Below, in pieces: positions 1 to 10,599 of a stretch of DNA of 32,000 bases. A program made the translations under genes and the position numbers. Each line of letters begins with the position of its first letter. Position 1 is the first letter of the stretch. Under the pieces are notes generated by a model. It was not told the origin of the DNA. It did no database searches and worked only from the letters and a program-made list of their open reading frames with translations. The DNA lies in NCBI RefSeq assembly GCF_000195855.1, contig NC_002677.1, forward strand, positions 1,800,001 through 1,832,000, given 5' to 3'. The stretch is from Mycobacterium leprae TN. Its GTDB lineage: Bacteria; Actinomycetota; Actinomycetes; Mycobacteriales; Mycobacteriaceae.

Positions 1-182
1 CTGGCACAAAGGTCAGCCAGATCCTCACCACGTGCGGTCATCGCAACGACCGCCTCATCGATATTCAGCGCGAAACCGTCTCGAGCTCGGCGCAATACCC
101 GCCGCAGCGCCGACGTATTAGGCTTGGGTGGAACGACAGGGCGAGAAAGAGCGATGGGCTCCTGGCTTTCAATCAGCGACAC
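1..182 (-). CDS. fbiC: FO synthase FbiC, N-terminal ~60 codons only (gene runs off the left window edge)
   Basis: Reverse translation from GTG at 182 gives [60 protein letters not shown]. This matches the remembered N-terminus of Mtb FbiC (Rv1173). Its position next to the PE12/Rv1171/mshB block fits synteny. It is absent from the ORF track because the window truncates it. Confidence 0.75.
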   Translation of the reverse strand, partial: MSLIESQEPIALSRPVVPPKPNTSALRRVLRRARDGFALNIDEAVVAMTARGEDLADLCA

Positions 183-423
183 TTTGGTGTAACTTCCCCA
201 CAATCAAATTCCATCCACGACGTCCCAAACATATTCGCAACACTAGCGCCAAGCCACAGCTGGCACGCGGTCGAGTATCCCGCTGTCATCGCCGCGCAAC
301 GAGCGCTCAGCTAACCGTTTCGCGAATATCTCCGCTAAACAGCCGGAGATCGCGATACAATTCAGTCAATCAGGCACTACTTAGGCGATAGCCGCGCTGC
401 TGCGAACGCACGGGGGATACGGG

Positions 424-1372
424 ATGTCTTTCTGTATTCACCGCGCCAAATGCACTGCTTACTGCTACATCGGACTTAGCAGGTATGGGTTCCACGTTCA
501 GCGCTGCCCACGCCGCAGCGACAGCCCCGAGAACCGGAATACTGGCCGCCGCAGATCAGGCATCGACGCAGATAGCCGCGCTATTCTCTCAGTATACACA
601 GGGATATCGGCGGCTGAGAGCGCAGTTGGCCGCGTTTCATGAGCAATTCGTGCAGGCCGTGAGCACCAGTGCCCGCACATATGCGACGGCCGAGGCCAAC
701 GCCGTGCAAACAAACGCTGGTAAATTCGGTGAACAGACCCACTGAGCTGCTGCTAGGGCACCCGTTGCTCGGCAGCGACGATCACACGGTGGCCAGCAGC
801 CTCTGGTCCAACGTCGCGGAACGCATCGAGAACCTCCTATTAGGCAACGCAGAGGTCGGGTTGACCAGCAACGCCAACTTCAGTTTCCCTAGCGGAGTTA
901 GCCGCGCACCACACTGGCACCAGCGTGCCGGGACACCGATCTACCGGCGGTGCTAGTGGCCCCGCCGCTGCCGGGAACGTCCTGCTAAAGCCGGTGAATC
1001 TGACCAACGCTGCGGCAGTGCCCACGGCAACTGGATCTATCGGCAACGCGATCGATAACCTCATACCTTGGTGTTGGACCATGGGTGCAGTACGGTGTCA
1101 ATCTGCTGTCTTACGTGGTGAGTTGGGTACCCTGGATCGACATCTTGGCACCGCAAATCAACTTTTTATACTACCTGTTCGAGCCCATGGCGCAAAGCGT
1201 CTTGTTCAGCACAATCGACTGGCTAGGCGGAACAATCACCTTCAGTCAAGGGCTGAGTAATTTCTGGGCAGTCACCACAGCGTCGACCAAATCAATTCAT
1301 CCAGGCTGAGATCAACTGGGTGCTTAGTTTCCCTCCCACTGCTGCCGCCCCTCCCGTACACCGATTCCATTA
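424..1372 (+). pseudogene. PE-family protein pseudogene (PE12/Rv1172c position), multiply frameshifted
   Basis: ATG at 424 opens MSF.., a typical PE start, but the frame is lost within about 20 codons. The PE domain continues in another frame (485-745: GSTFSAAHAAATAPRTGILAAADQASTQIAALFSQYTQGYRRLRAQLAAFHEQFVQAV). C-terminal domain pieces lie in two further frames (925-1260; 1085-1309: QYGVNLLSYVVSWVPWIDILAPQINFLYYLFEP). Confidence 0.7.
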
Positions 1373-1723
1373 GCCGTAGCGATTACACCGCCAAAGTACA
1401 CACGCCGGCGGCGAAACGCCCAACAAAATCAGCCACAGTGCTCCGGAGGCCATTACACTTTGCCCCGAAACGACATCAACGCCAGGACCACCTAAGCTGA
1501 GTAACCCGACGGTGAGCAGCCACACCCACAAGGGCAACGCAACCAACCACGGTGACCTCGTCCAGAGCCTGGCGGCCCATACCAGCACCGCATTGACCAA
1601 TCCACTGATCAGACCGCTAATGGGAAACGGAACAGAACCGATATAGAGAGGCATCAGCATCGCCCCGACTACTGCAGACAAAACCCCATCGGCAGCAAAA
1701 AGCACCAGGACAACGATGCGCAT
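1370..1723 (-). CDS. Small integral membrane protein, Rv1171-like
   Basis: ORF 1370-1855 (-). The hydrophobic body starts at the internal ATG at 1723 (MRIVVLVLFAADGVLSAVVGAMLMPLYIGSVPFPISGLISGLVNAVLVWAARLW...) and has 3-4 predicted TM helices. It lies directly downstream of mshB, as in Mtb. The start is uncertain: the longest ORF begins at 1855, but its first 44 codons look non-protein-like. Confidence 0.6.
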   Translation of the reverse strand: MRIVVLVLFAADGVLSAVVGAMLMPLYIGSVPFPISGLISGLVNAVLVWAARLWTRSPWLVALPLWVWLLTVGLLSLGGPGVDVVSGQSVMASGALWLILLGVSPPACVLWRCNRYG

Positions 1724-1887
1724 GACAGGCCCTGACGCGGCGCGTAACTGGTTTCGGTCAAGTCGGGACACTGTCGATATACCAGAACACAGATGCGATT
1801 TCCCACGGCAGACTGTCGAGTCGGTCCTGCCAATGCTGCAGGTCGGGGTACACAACCAGTTCCTTCCGCAGATACCTTATTGGCAGT

Positions 1888-2814
1888 TTACCGCGCATCA
1901 AATCCATCCAGACATAGTCCCGCTAGCAAATCAGTTTCCCAACCGCGCTCATCGCGATTTCCCGCGGAGCCGGCGGCGAGAACATAGTGCTCTTGTGCGA
2001 AAATTGGCATCACCATGTTGTTCGACAAGGCACAGGCCCGGCCGGTCGGGCCAACGACGACTTGGGTGGCGTGTGCCGTCAAAGCCGCCGTCTTGGCTGC
2101 CCATACATCTGAGGTTGCTTCGACGACAGCATCTATGTCCTTATCTGAATATCCGAAATAGAACTCTTCACGCGGCGGGATCGTCCACTCGGGCCGCAAA
2201 TCTTTGCCCTGCAGCGCGTTCATCCCAGCTTCAAATGCGCTGAGGGCGAAGACGGACCAGTAGAACTTCGGTACCTTCCACGGCTTGCCCGGGTATTCAT
2301 CGGCACCGACCTCTAGGCCGGCCGCAACGCCAGAAGAAGCCACCGCGGCTGCGGTAATAAAGTGGGTGTGGACATGGTCGGGATGGCCGTACCCCCCGTG
2401 GGGATCATATGTCACCACGACGTGTGGACGCAGTTCGCGGATGATCGCAACCAGGGCCCCGACGGCCTCGTTTTCGTCGGCGTCGATGAACCGCTGACGA
2501 CGCCGCGGCGCGGTGCCGCGCATGCCCGAGTCGCGCCAGCGACCCGCGCCACCAAGATAAATGGGTGCGCTGACCCCCAACGCCCGCAACGCTTCGGTGA
2601 GCTCAAAGATTCGGTAGCCACCGAGTTGGTCCGCATGATCGACGGTGAGCTCCGCCCAGCGGTCCCCGATGACCTCGCCTTCCTCACCGAGTGTGCACGT
2701 GACAACCTGCACTTGCGCCCCACGCGAGGTGTAGTGTGCGATGGTAGCACCGTTGCTGAGGCTCTCATCGTCGGGATGGGCATGCACGAACAGTAGCCGC
2801 GGCGTCTCAGACAT
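1888..2814 (-). CDS. mshB: GlcNAc-inositol deacetylase MshB (mycothiol biosynthesis, LmbE family)
   Basis: 308-aa intact ORF with an ATG start. The N-terminus [22 protein letters not shown] carries the AHPDDE zinc motif of the LmbE/MshB family, plus HPDH later. Length is close to Mtb Rv1170. Confidence 0.93.
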   Translation of the reverse strand: MSETPRLLFVHAHPDDESLSNGATIAHYTSRGAQVQVVTCTLGEEGEVIGDRWAELTVDHADQLGGYRIFELTEALRALGVSAPIYLGGAGRWRDSGMRGTAPRRRQRFIDADENEAVGALVAIIRELRPHVVVTYDPHGGYGHPDHVHTHFITAAAVASSGVAAGLEVGADEYPGKPWKVPKFYWSVFALSAFEAGMNALQGKDLRPEWTIPPREEFYFGYSDKDIDAVVEATSDVWAAKTAALTAHATQVVVGPTGRACALSNNMVMPIFAQEHYVLAAGSAGNRDERGWETDLLAGLCLDGFDAR

Positions 2815-2963
2815 GGACGCACCCTAACCGGAACACTAAACGTCGTCGAAAGTCACTTTAATTGCTTCTAATCCCTTACTTAACCCATATAGACGATGTC
2901 AAGTGCTCCGCGCTGCAGCATCCGACAACAGCAAACAGGAAAGCCAGCGGTTACTATCGAAAA

Positions 2964-3598
2964 ATGGTCCAGCCCACCCGAAAGATCCCAAACGTCGGCC
3001 GAAGCCGCTAGTGAGACGAAGTCCTTGAACGTACCCTACTAAAGAAGCGACGTTGGCTGAGCTGGCTAAAGCCGGATACGGCAAGCTAACCACGAAGGGC
3101 GTCGTGGCACAAGCCCACACCGGCAAGGTGGTGTTGTACCACCGCTGAACCAGCAAACATGGCCTGGTACACGCCGCGCTGCGGCACGCGCTACCGTCAT
3201 GGCCCGAACTGTGTATCAGTCGAGTTGGCAAAGAAGAACCTGCAGGTGATGTTTACCGCCCACCCTTGACGTCTAGGCCAACAAAACTGCCTTTCCCGGC
3301 CTGAACATCACAGGACATCACAGGCCAGCTCATTCACGAACCCGAGCTGCGGGGCAGCTTCGTCGACGCCGTGGTGACCCCCGCGTTTGAACATCGTCGA
3401 TTCGATCCTGCAAGTCGCCGTTCACGACAACGACACGACCCAGCCACGTCCATTCCACTAACCGCCCAGACCGGGCCCGCGTTAATTAACCAGCACTTTC
3501 TGCTCACTGGGCTGTCGCCGAACCGACGCGAGCTGACGCTCATCGTCGACACTGTCATCCCGCCAAAAGTAGCAACGGCCGCGGCACAGACTAACTGA
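2964..3598 (+). pseudogene. TetR-family regulator pseudogene (Rv1167c position)
   Basis: The HTH region reads EATLAELAKAGYGKLTTKGVVAQAHTGKVVLYHR then TGA (3146-3148) then TSKHGLVHAAL. The stop sits where TetR proteins normally have Trp (..LYxRW.SK..L), so TGG to TGA is likely. N-terminal pieces lie in two other frames. There is a 10-bp tandem duplication at 3305-3324. The C-terminal part is ORF 3371-3598. Confidence 0.7.
3305..3324. repeat. Perfect 10-bp tandem duplication (acatcacagg x2) inside the TetR pseudogene
   Basis: Read directly: 3305-3314 = 3315-3324 = acatcacagg. The length is not a multiple of 3, so the duplication shifts the frame. Confidence 0.9.
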
Positions 3599-3620
3599 CC
3601 TAGTTTTTGCGCGATTTTTT

Positions 3621-5495
3621 CTAAGACCCGATTTTGGTCCATTGGCCAGCGTCGCCGACGATACCGATCGGCACCGCTCCAGAAAGGCTGATGTTCTGCA
3701 CACTCGGGCCAGCCACAACGATCGTGGTGTCCTGCAAGATCGGCAACACGGTCGACATGTTCCACAATCGTGGCTCAACCGCGGTGATCACGTCGTTGAT
3801 GTTCTTGCTGCCATTGAGAGCGGCATCGATAGTCGCCTGTATACTATGATCGCAGATGCCAGTGAGATTCGATGGCGCCCGAACTAGCGTGCCGGGCTCG
3901 GGTGAGTGGCTGTTCGGTGGCTGCATCGGCCCAACAGGACCCACGAAACTGGCAGTCGGTGTATTGGAGGTCGACACCTCCGTTGCCTGCAATGCGGGGC
4001 AGCCGTACCGCGAAGCCAGCAACGTCGCCAGGTTTCCACCGGCCTGATGCCAGCCGACGATCGCATCCACCAGGTTATCGTTCAACGCGTCGCGATAAAG
4101 CACCACCGGATCTAGCGCCAGCACCGTGGCGGCGATACCGACATTACGCAACTGGTCGGCGGCCGTGTTAGCCACGGCCACTGACGTTGGATCGTTCGAC
4201 GCGACGCCAATTACCAACGAAAGCTGTTCGCCGTCCTTGCTGATCCGGCCGTGAATGACTTCCAGCGGTCCGGTACTCACCGATGCTGTCGAGTTGGGCG
4301 TCGGCGAAGCCAACGTGATGGGATCGATCTGGAATCCAGACGCAATCAGCAACGCCATAGCCGCTGGCGTGGTCAGCGCCGGTGGCGCGGTCGGTTCATA
4401 GCCAGGGTCACTCGGTGATCGGGTCTGGGCCTGGTCCAACGTCACAGTGTTGTCGCTGCCCGCACCCACAGCGGCAAGCAAGTCAACGTCAAGCAATCCC
4501 AGAATCGCCTTGCGAATCCGGATATCGGCCAACTTGGGCACGTTGGCACGCAACGTGAACTGCATGACCCGCGGCGTCACAATCCGGGCAGTACGCACCC
4601 CGGGAATTGCGGACAACTGGGCAAAGGCGGCGGAGCCGCCATGCACCTGTGCCAGCTGAGTATCACCGTTGCGCACCGAATCGGCCAGTGTGGCTGGCGC
4701 ACCAGCACGGCGGAAAAGGATGAGCCCGGGTTTGGCGGGAGGCCCCCAGTAGCGGTCATTGCGGGCTATCAGGATTTCGTCGCGCTGCGGGTCAATGTTC
4801 TCCACCCGAAACTGTCCGCCAGTGACCGGCAGCGTCCGAGCGAGCCCGGCCGCGAAACCGCCCGGCACGTCCTTAACGATGTGTGCCGGCAGGATATTAC
4901 TGAATAACTCCCGCCAAGCCGGATAGGGTTGCGCGAAGGTGACGACCGCCTGCTTACCGCCCTCAAGTGACTGCACACCAGTGATCAGGTCATATCCTGC
5001 CGGATCGACAACGCCAGGCTGACTGACCATCTGCCGCCACAGGTACCAGAAGTCGTCGGCCGCGATTGGGGCATTGTCAGTCCACTGCGCCTCGGGCCGG
5101 ATCTTGTAGGTCACCGTGAACGGATTTTGGTTGGTGACATCTGCGGACACCAGCACGGTCGGGTCCATGTCCCAGCGTAAGCCGGTAGGCGAGTTGGGAT
5201 CGGTCGCCGGCCGAAATGCGCTCGGCAACACCAGCGCACTGATCGCCGCGTTCACCGCCGACAGATCAGACAGCAGATGCGGGTTGAAGCCAGCACCGAT
5301 CGAGTCGATGCCCATGATGATCTGGGTTATCCGCGGCGGCAGTAGTGAACTTCGCGGCGTTTCGGTGCTTTGCGGCGCCGGTGGCGTGCTGACAGTGCAC
5401 GCCACCAACATCAGATCTACCAGCGAAATCAGCACGCTCATCGTCGTTACAACGCGGCGGGCTCGTCTCGGCACGCCCTTCAGGGTATCGAGCAC
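3621..5495 (-). CDS. lpqW: Lipoprotein LpqW (family-5 solute-binding-protein fold; PIM/LM/LAM pathway regulator)
   Basis: 624-aa intact ORF with a GTG start. Signal peptide with lipobox (..[19 protein letters not shown]). Long stretches match remembered Mtb LpqW (Rv1166), e.g. [24 protein letters not shown] and [42 protein letters not shown]. Confidence 0.92.
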   Translation of the reverse strand: MLDTLKGVPRRARRVVTTMSVLISLVDLMLVACTVSTPPAPQSTETPRSSLLPPRITQIIMGIDSIGAGFNPHLLSDLSAVNAAISALVLPSAFRPATDPNSPTGLRWDMDPTVLVSADVTNQNPFTVTYKIRPEAQWTDNAPIAADDFWYLWRQMVSQPGVVDPAGYDLITGVQSLEGGKQAVVTFAQPYPAWRELFSNILPAHIVKDVPGGFAAGLARTLPVTGGQFRVENIDPQRDEILIARNDRYWGPPAKPGLILFRRAGAPATLADSVRNGDTQLAQVHGGSAAFAQLSAIPGVRTARIVTPRVMQFTLRANVPKLADIRIRKAILGLLDVDLLAAVGAGSDNTVTLDQAQTRSPSDPGYEPTAPPALTTPAAMALLIASGFQIDPITLASPTPNSTASVSTGPLEVIHGRISKDGEQLSLVIGVASNDPTSVAVANTAADQLRNVGIAATVLALDPVVLYRDALNDNLVDAIVGWHQAGGNLATLLASRYGCPALQATEVSTSNTPTASFVGPVGPMQPPNSHSPEPGTLVRAPSNLTGICDHSIQATIDAALNGSKNINDVITAVEPRLWNMSTVLPILQDTTIVVAGPSVQNISLSGAVPIGIVGDAGQWTKIGS

Positions 5496-5540
5496 CGATC
5501 CAGCGGACCCAGTGTGCTAGCACAGCGCGCTACACTGGCA

Positions 5541-7427
5541 CTAGCCTCGAACCTTGGCTCGGGCCCGGCCTCGGGCCCGGGCGTTGGATTCCAGTTCGAT
5601 CTTGCGCACCCGCACAATCTCAGGGGTCACCTCAACACATTCGTCGAACGAGCAGAATTCCATCGCCCGCTCCAGGTCCAGCTCGAGCGGTTTGGTCAAC
5701 GTCTCGATGACATTGGCGGTCGATGACCGCATGTTGGTCAGCTTTTTCTCACGAGTAACATTGATATCGAGATCTTCCGGACGAGGGTTGATTCCGACGA
5801 CCATACCTTGGTAAGTGTCCTGGCCAGGCGACACGAAGAACTGACCCCGATCGGCAAGTTGGAGCAGAGCAAACGGCGTAATAGTACCCGGCCGGTCGGA
5901 AACCAGCGACCCCGTATCCCTGGCTCGGATCTCACCGGCCCACGGCCGATAGCTGTCGAACACAGCGTTAGCAATACCGGTGCCGCGTGTGAGGGTGAGG
6001 AAGTCGGTACGGAAGCCAATCAAGCCACGGCTGGGCACGATGAAGTCCATTCGCACCCAGCCCACAGCATGGTTGGCCATCTCCTCCATGCGGCCCTTAC
6101 GGCCGGCCATCAACTGGGTGATCGCGCCGACGAACTCCTCGGGACAGTCGATCGTCATCACCTCGAATGGTTCGTGCAGTTTGCCATCGATCGTACGGGT
6201 GACCACCTGCGGCTTGCCGACCGTAAGCTCGAACCCTTCCCGACGCATCGTCTCAACAAGCACTGCCAACGCAAGCTCACCTCGGCCCTGCACCTCCCAC
6301 GCATCGGGCCGTCCTATGTCCACCACACGGATCGAGATGTTGCCGACCAACTCAGCGTCCAGGCGGCCACGAACCATCCGCGCAGTCAACTTGTGGCCCG
6401 ACACCTTGCCCGCCAGGGGCGAGGTATTGGTGCCGATCGTCACCGAGATAGCCGGCTCGTCTACGGTGATACGCGGTAGTGCATGAGCATGCTCGGGATC
6501 GGCCAACGTGTCACCGATCATGATCTCGGGCAGTCCCGCTACGGCTACGATATCCCCTGCCGTCGCTTCCTCTGTAGTGCTGCGCTCGACACCTTTGGTG
6601 ACCAGCAACTCAGTGATCTTGGCGTCGGTGGTGACAGGCAGCCCGTCCACTTCACGCATCCAAGCCACCTGCTGCCCCTTGCGCAGCTTGCCGTTATAGA
6701 TGCGGACCAAAGCAAGCCGACCGAGGAAGGCCGAGGCGTCCAAGTTAGTCACCAACGCCTGCAACGGCGCTTCGGGGTCACCCTTCGGCGACGGGATGTG
6801 CTCCATCAGCACGTCGAACAAGGGGTCGAGGTTGTCGCCCGTGGGCACAGCACCGTCAGCAGGCTGCTCGGTGCTGGCGATGCCGGCACGCCCGGACGCA
6901 TACAACGTCGGCAGACCCAGCGCACGCTCGGCGGCCGCAGCCGCTTCCTCGTCAAGATCGGATGCGACGTCAAGCAACAGGTCGTGGCTGGCTTCCACCA
7001 CCTCGGCGATGCGTGCGTCGGGACGATCTGTCTTGTTAACTACCAGAATCACCGGCAAATGCGCAGCCAGCGTCTTGCGCAGCACGAACCGCGTCTGCGG
7101 CAGCGGCCCTTCGGAGGCATCGACCAGCAACAACACCCCATCCACCATAGACAGCCCGCGTTCCACTTCACCGCCGAAGTCGGCATGGCCAGGCGTGTCG
7201 ATAACATTGATCACCGTCACCGTACCGTCCGAATTGTGACAATGTACGGCCGTGTTTTTGGCCAGGATTGTGATGCCTTTTTCCCGTTCCAAGTCACCGG
7301 TATCCATCACGCGTTCCTGGACTTGACCGCGTTCGTGTAGCGCGCCGGACTGGCGTAGCATCGCGTCAACCAGCGTGGTTTTGCCGTGGTCGACGTGCGC
7401 GACAATGGCGACATTGCGGAATGGCAC
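5541..7427 (-). CDS. typA: Translational GTPase TypA/BipA
   Basis: G-domain motifs [17 protein letters not shown] and NKTD are present. A GTG at 7427 ([18 protein letters not shown]) gives 628 aa, the length I recall for Mtb Rv1165. The ORF-track extension to 7700 has no family support. Confidence 0.93.
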   Translation of the reverse strand: MPFRNVAIVAHVDHGKTTLVDAMLRQSGALHERGQVQERVMDTGDLEREKGITILAKNTAVHCHNSDGTVTVINVIDTPGHADFGGEVERGLSMVDGVLLLVDASEGPLPQTRFVLRKTLAAHLPVILVVNKTDRPDARIAEVVEASHDLLLDVASDLDEEAAAAAERALGLPTLYASGRAGIASTEQPADGAVPTGDNLDPLFDVLMEHIPSPKGDPEAPLQALVTNLDASAFLGRLALVRIYNGKLRKGQQVAWMREVDGLPVTTDAKITELLVTKGVERSTTEEATAGDIVAVAGLPEIMIGDTLADPEHAHALPRITVDEPAISVTIGTNTSPLAGKVSGHKLTARMVRGRLDAELVGNISIRVVDIGRPDAWEVQGRGELALAVLVETMRREGFELTVGKPQVVTRTIDGKLHEPFEVMTIDCPEEFVGAITQLMAGRKGRMEEMANHAVGWVRMDFIVPSRGLIGFRTDFLTLTRGTGIANAVFDSYRPWAGEIRARDTGSLVSDRPGTITPFALLQLADRGQFFVSPGQDTYQGMVVGINPRPEDLDINVTREKKLTNMRSSTANVIETLTKPLELDLERAMEFCSFDECVEVTPEIVRVRKIELESNARARGRARAKVRG

Positions 7428-7548
7428 GTCGGTGATTGTGGCAGGTGCAGATTGCCGGCTCTCCCCCGCATGCGGAAATACCCCACCTCGGTCCGCTCGA
7501 CGGCCCGCACCGCCGCCCAGCGCAGAGGGCCCAAAGCGCAAACCTGAG

Positions 7549-8253
7549 CTATTCGTGCTTCTGGACCAACTCACGACTGCGGTACACCAAATAACTACAA
7601 GGCCGAAACAGATAGCCGAGCGGCTCGCTGAATGTGTACACCAGCCGGGTACAGGCCACAAAACGTGGGGCAAAGTAGCACGTGTGCGTGTTATTAACAT
7701 ACCAAGGCGCCTGCGACATCAGATCACCGCACGGGTCCAGAGACCGTAACCAGATCGACCCTGTCTGGCGGCAGTCGTGCACCGCGCCATAGTGCGTAGC
7801 GCCTACCAGAGTACAGTCCGGACCGGCCGCCAGCGGCACACACCAGCACTAGGTACATCAACTTGTCGCTGCGGGTGGTGGCCATGAACACCGCGCTACG
7901 AGTGCGGCGCCGGTTGATCAGCAGCGCAATACCGGTCAGAGCAGCAAGGCCGGCTGGTGCGCCGAACAGCAGCGACTGCAGGTGGTAAAGGTGATCGCTC
8001 ATCCCAAGCGCCTCAATACCAAGACTCCGGAATAAACAGACCCACTACGTGGCCCAATCATCACCATCAGGCTGCCGAAGTGAAACATCGGACTGTCAAT
8101 CGAAAGACAACAAAACAACTTTGATTCACCACGTTGCGACAAATGTTTGGTTAAGCCGAACTTGTCGTAACGATACCACCCCCAGCCGGGGATCCCTGCG
8201 ATCGCCAGCACAAGGTAGAGCATATCGTCTCAGAAGATCTTGAGTAACTGCAT
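7549..8253 (-). pseudogene. narI: Respiratory nitrate reductase gamma subunit NarI pseudogene
   Basis: ATG at 8253 gives MQLLKIF then TGA, where Mtb has ..LWW. Pieces lie in three frames: WYRYDKFGLTKHLSQ..FHFGSLMVMIG (7999-8223), LAALTGIALLINRRRTRSAVFMATT (7724-8002) and PLGYLFRPCSYLVYRSRE (7549-7839). Confidence 0.85.
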
Positions 8254-8272
8254 GCGCATCCAGGCTACCCTA

Positions 8273-8931
8273 CTATCTGCGCTTCGGCGGCACACTCAAG
8301 GTCAATCGTTGCAAACCAACGGCCTCCGCGGGAGTGCTGGCTTGCGCCAAGCGCTGCGCCCTGAAGATTTCCTGATTGATTGCTGCCAGCAAGGTCTCGT
8401 AGACCGCGGTAATAACGTATTCATAGAGCGAATTGACTTCGGATAGGGCGCCCGGCAGCATGTCGATCGGAATCCGATGCTCGGTGAATAACCGGCACCC
8501 GACGTCGTGGTCGACAGTGGCAGTCAATTCCAGCACGAAAAGCAGTTGATCCGGAGCCTCGGCGTGCGGCAGCACAACACCAGCATCCCGATAGGCGTTG
8601 GCAAACTTCAACATTTCGCCATCTCGATTGCGGAGTCCCCGGCAGTCCAGTACGTCCAGTACATGATGGTGCGTCGGCGCATGTCGAAGGTCTCTACGTA
8701 ATCTGTCACGCCGGCCATCAGCTCGCATGCATCCACTGCAGCGACTGTCCGTTCCAGCAACTCCGTCGCAGGACCGTTTATATGACCCAGCAGCTCCTCG
8801 ACGATGTCGAGGAGCTGCTGGGTCATAGCCTCATCGAGATAAGCCAATAGCAACAAAGCCGACTGCCACACAAGCCGACCCCACATCGTGCAGACATCCG
8901 AACGTTACCGGACACTGAGCAACATCATCAT
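8273..8931 (-). pseudogene. narJ: Nitrate reductase chaperone NarJ pseudogene
   Basis: 8608-8886 gives RLVWQSALLLLAYLDE...YVETFDMRRRTIMYWTYWTAGDS. The frame then shifts to 8273-8728 (RNRDGEMLKFANAYRDAGVV...). ATG codons at 8923-8931 overlap the narH stop (ATGA-type coupling) but are followed by an early stop. Confidence 0.8.
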
Positions 8932-10591
8932 GTGACCACTTCGGTGTCGGGCTCGGGATACAGGCCTGCGGGCATGCCGCCCCAATTGAACAGTTCACTC
9001 GGGAATGACCGCCCTCACCGTGCCCAACTGCCGTTCCGGCTTCGTCAATCTGACTTTTTGCAAGGCATGAAAGGTCTCCATGGTGACCGGAACCGGGGCA
9101 CTGCTGTCCTCACCGAAGGGACCGAATTCATACATACCCGGTCCGCAGTCAAAAGATAACGAAAACCTCAATTTCGTTGGCCCCAAGCAGAATGAGTCAC
9201 CACCGGCAGCTCCGCAGCATACAACGTCAGAGTCAGAATAACGTAGCGCTCTATCATATTTCGCTATAACCAACAGCCGGTACATCTAATACATCTGCTC
9301 TTCGGACATACCGACAGGGTGCGGTATGTGTGCGGTGGAGTTGCACAGCCCAGATTGATGTCAAGCATATAGGACCGCATCGCCGGCAACCGCCCGAAGC
9401 ACCCGTTCAACGACCGCGGTGTCACCGGAGATAAACAGTTCGGCCAGGTACTGCATCAGGATGCGCAGTGCGGCCAGCGCGCCGAACAAGCTACCTAGAT
9501 CCTCCCCGTCGTGGCTACCCGCGTAGACCACCGATAACAGGGGCGGAAAACACCAGACTATCAGAATAGCCCGGTACTCCGAGTGCAGTAAAAGCGCCAG
9601 AAGGTAAGTGTTGATCACTGCGTATACCAGTGACCGCCGGGCAATCTCGATCCACTCGGCCAAGATAGGCTTGACCCACGTACCGGCAATCGCGTCGGGA
9701 CTGCGCGGGTTCAAGAAGATCGGACGTTACATCTTAAATACAGGTTCCTTACCGTTTTCCACTGACGCCGCCTCGAGCGCCCGGCCGACGTCATAGAGCA
9801 TCATCCGAAGCAACGTAGCTGGCCCCACGCACCTCCCTCAGCAACCCGACCGCAATGCGCGGATAGCACAACGTGGACTATTCGGCCTTGCCAGTCTCAT
9901 AGCTGAGATATACACCTTCTTGTAAGGACACCTGGAGACACACATCCCCGAACCAAGGCAGCGGTCCTAGTCAAGGATAGTAATACCATCCTTGATGCAC
10001 TTGTACATCTTCCCCGAAGGACCACGAGGCCACGCACGACAATTCAGGCATTGCTCGCAGATTCGCGACAGGTAGAACATGAAGGTCTATTCGAGCTTAA
10101 GCTTGACTTCAGGCACTAAGCCTTTTCAGGATCGAGTCGTGGGGCACAATCTACGGCTACCCCGCGAGATTATCGTCCCAGTTCGAGCCTCAAGACACCT
10201 TCATCGGCCTGGCGGTAATCAGGCTACGCGGTAGCGCCGTCGGGAAGGTGTCCCCAGCCAGTTCCTGCGTCAGGTTTCCGTAGCCGTAGGTCCACGGCTC
10301 GTAGTAGTCGATAGTGGGCCAGTTGGGGTTAGCTAAGATCCATACAGCTTAGCCAAGCGGCCGCCGTAGCGTAGCCGCAACCGGCCCTTCTGGTCCGCTT
10401 ACCCATCCCCACCCTACCGAGTCTTGGTCCTCATAGGTGCGCGGATAGCCGACAACCAGCCAGGTTTCGACGTTGTCGAACCACACGTATTCGTTACCGT
10501 AACGATTGGTAAACGCCTGCTTATAGGTTACCGAGCAGGTATGTCAGCCAATGCATTTATCGAGGTTAATCACCATGGACATCTGCGCCAT
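8928..10591 (-). pseudogene. narH: Nitrate reductase beta (Fe-S) subunit NarH pseudogene
   Basis: The N-terminus from ATG 10591 reads MAQMSMVINLDKCIGWHTCSVTYKQAFTNRYGNEYVWFDNVET (NarH-type; one Cys ligand is now W). Later pieces include LLHSEYRAILIVWCFPPLLSVV...LRILMQYLAELFISGD (9361-9714). The C-terminus is FNWGGMPAGLYPEPDTEVVT-stop at 8928. There are many stops and frameshifts between these pieces. Confidence 0.85.
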
Positions 10592-10599
10592 AACCTTCA

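Noticed and set aside
5508-5537. A 7-bp inverted repeat (ccagtgt ... acactgg) in the 45-bp typA-lpqW gap, considered as a terminator
   Set aside because: The stem is short, the loop is 16 nt and no U-tract follows. This is not enough to call a terminator, and the two genes may be co-transcribed.
5558-5581. A 12-bp near-tandem repeat (ctcgggcccggc / ctcgggcccggg) near the typA 3' end, considered as a terminator or regulatory repeat
   Set aside because: It lies inside the coding sequence and simply encodes the basic RARGRARA C-terminal tail of TypA.
5808-7340. Long + strand ORFs (223, 168, 285 and 179 aa) opposite typA. Similar antisense ORFs lie opposite mshB (2362-2796), lpqW (3634-5520 set), pimE (15479-16015), rnj (22992-24571) and dapA (25146-25641).
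   Set aside because: High-GC genomes keep antisense frames open by chance. These translations are Arg/Pro/Ser/Thr-rich low-complexity sequence with no family resemblance, and each lies entirely inside a well-supported gene on the other strand.
7428-7700. A 91-codon in-frame N-terminal extension of typA on the ORF track (719 aa)
   Set aside because: The extension (MLITRTRATLPHVLWPVPGWCTHS...) has no TypA homology and runs into the narI pseudogene tail. The GTG at 7427 reproduces the 628-aa family length.
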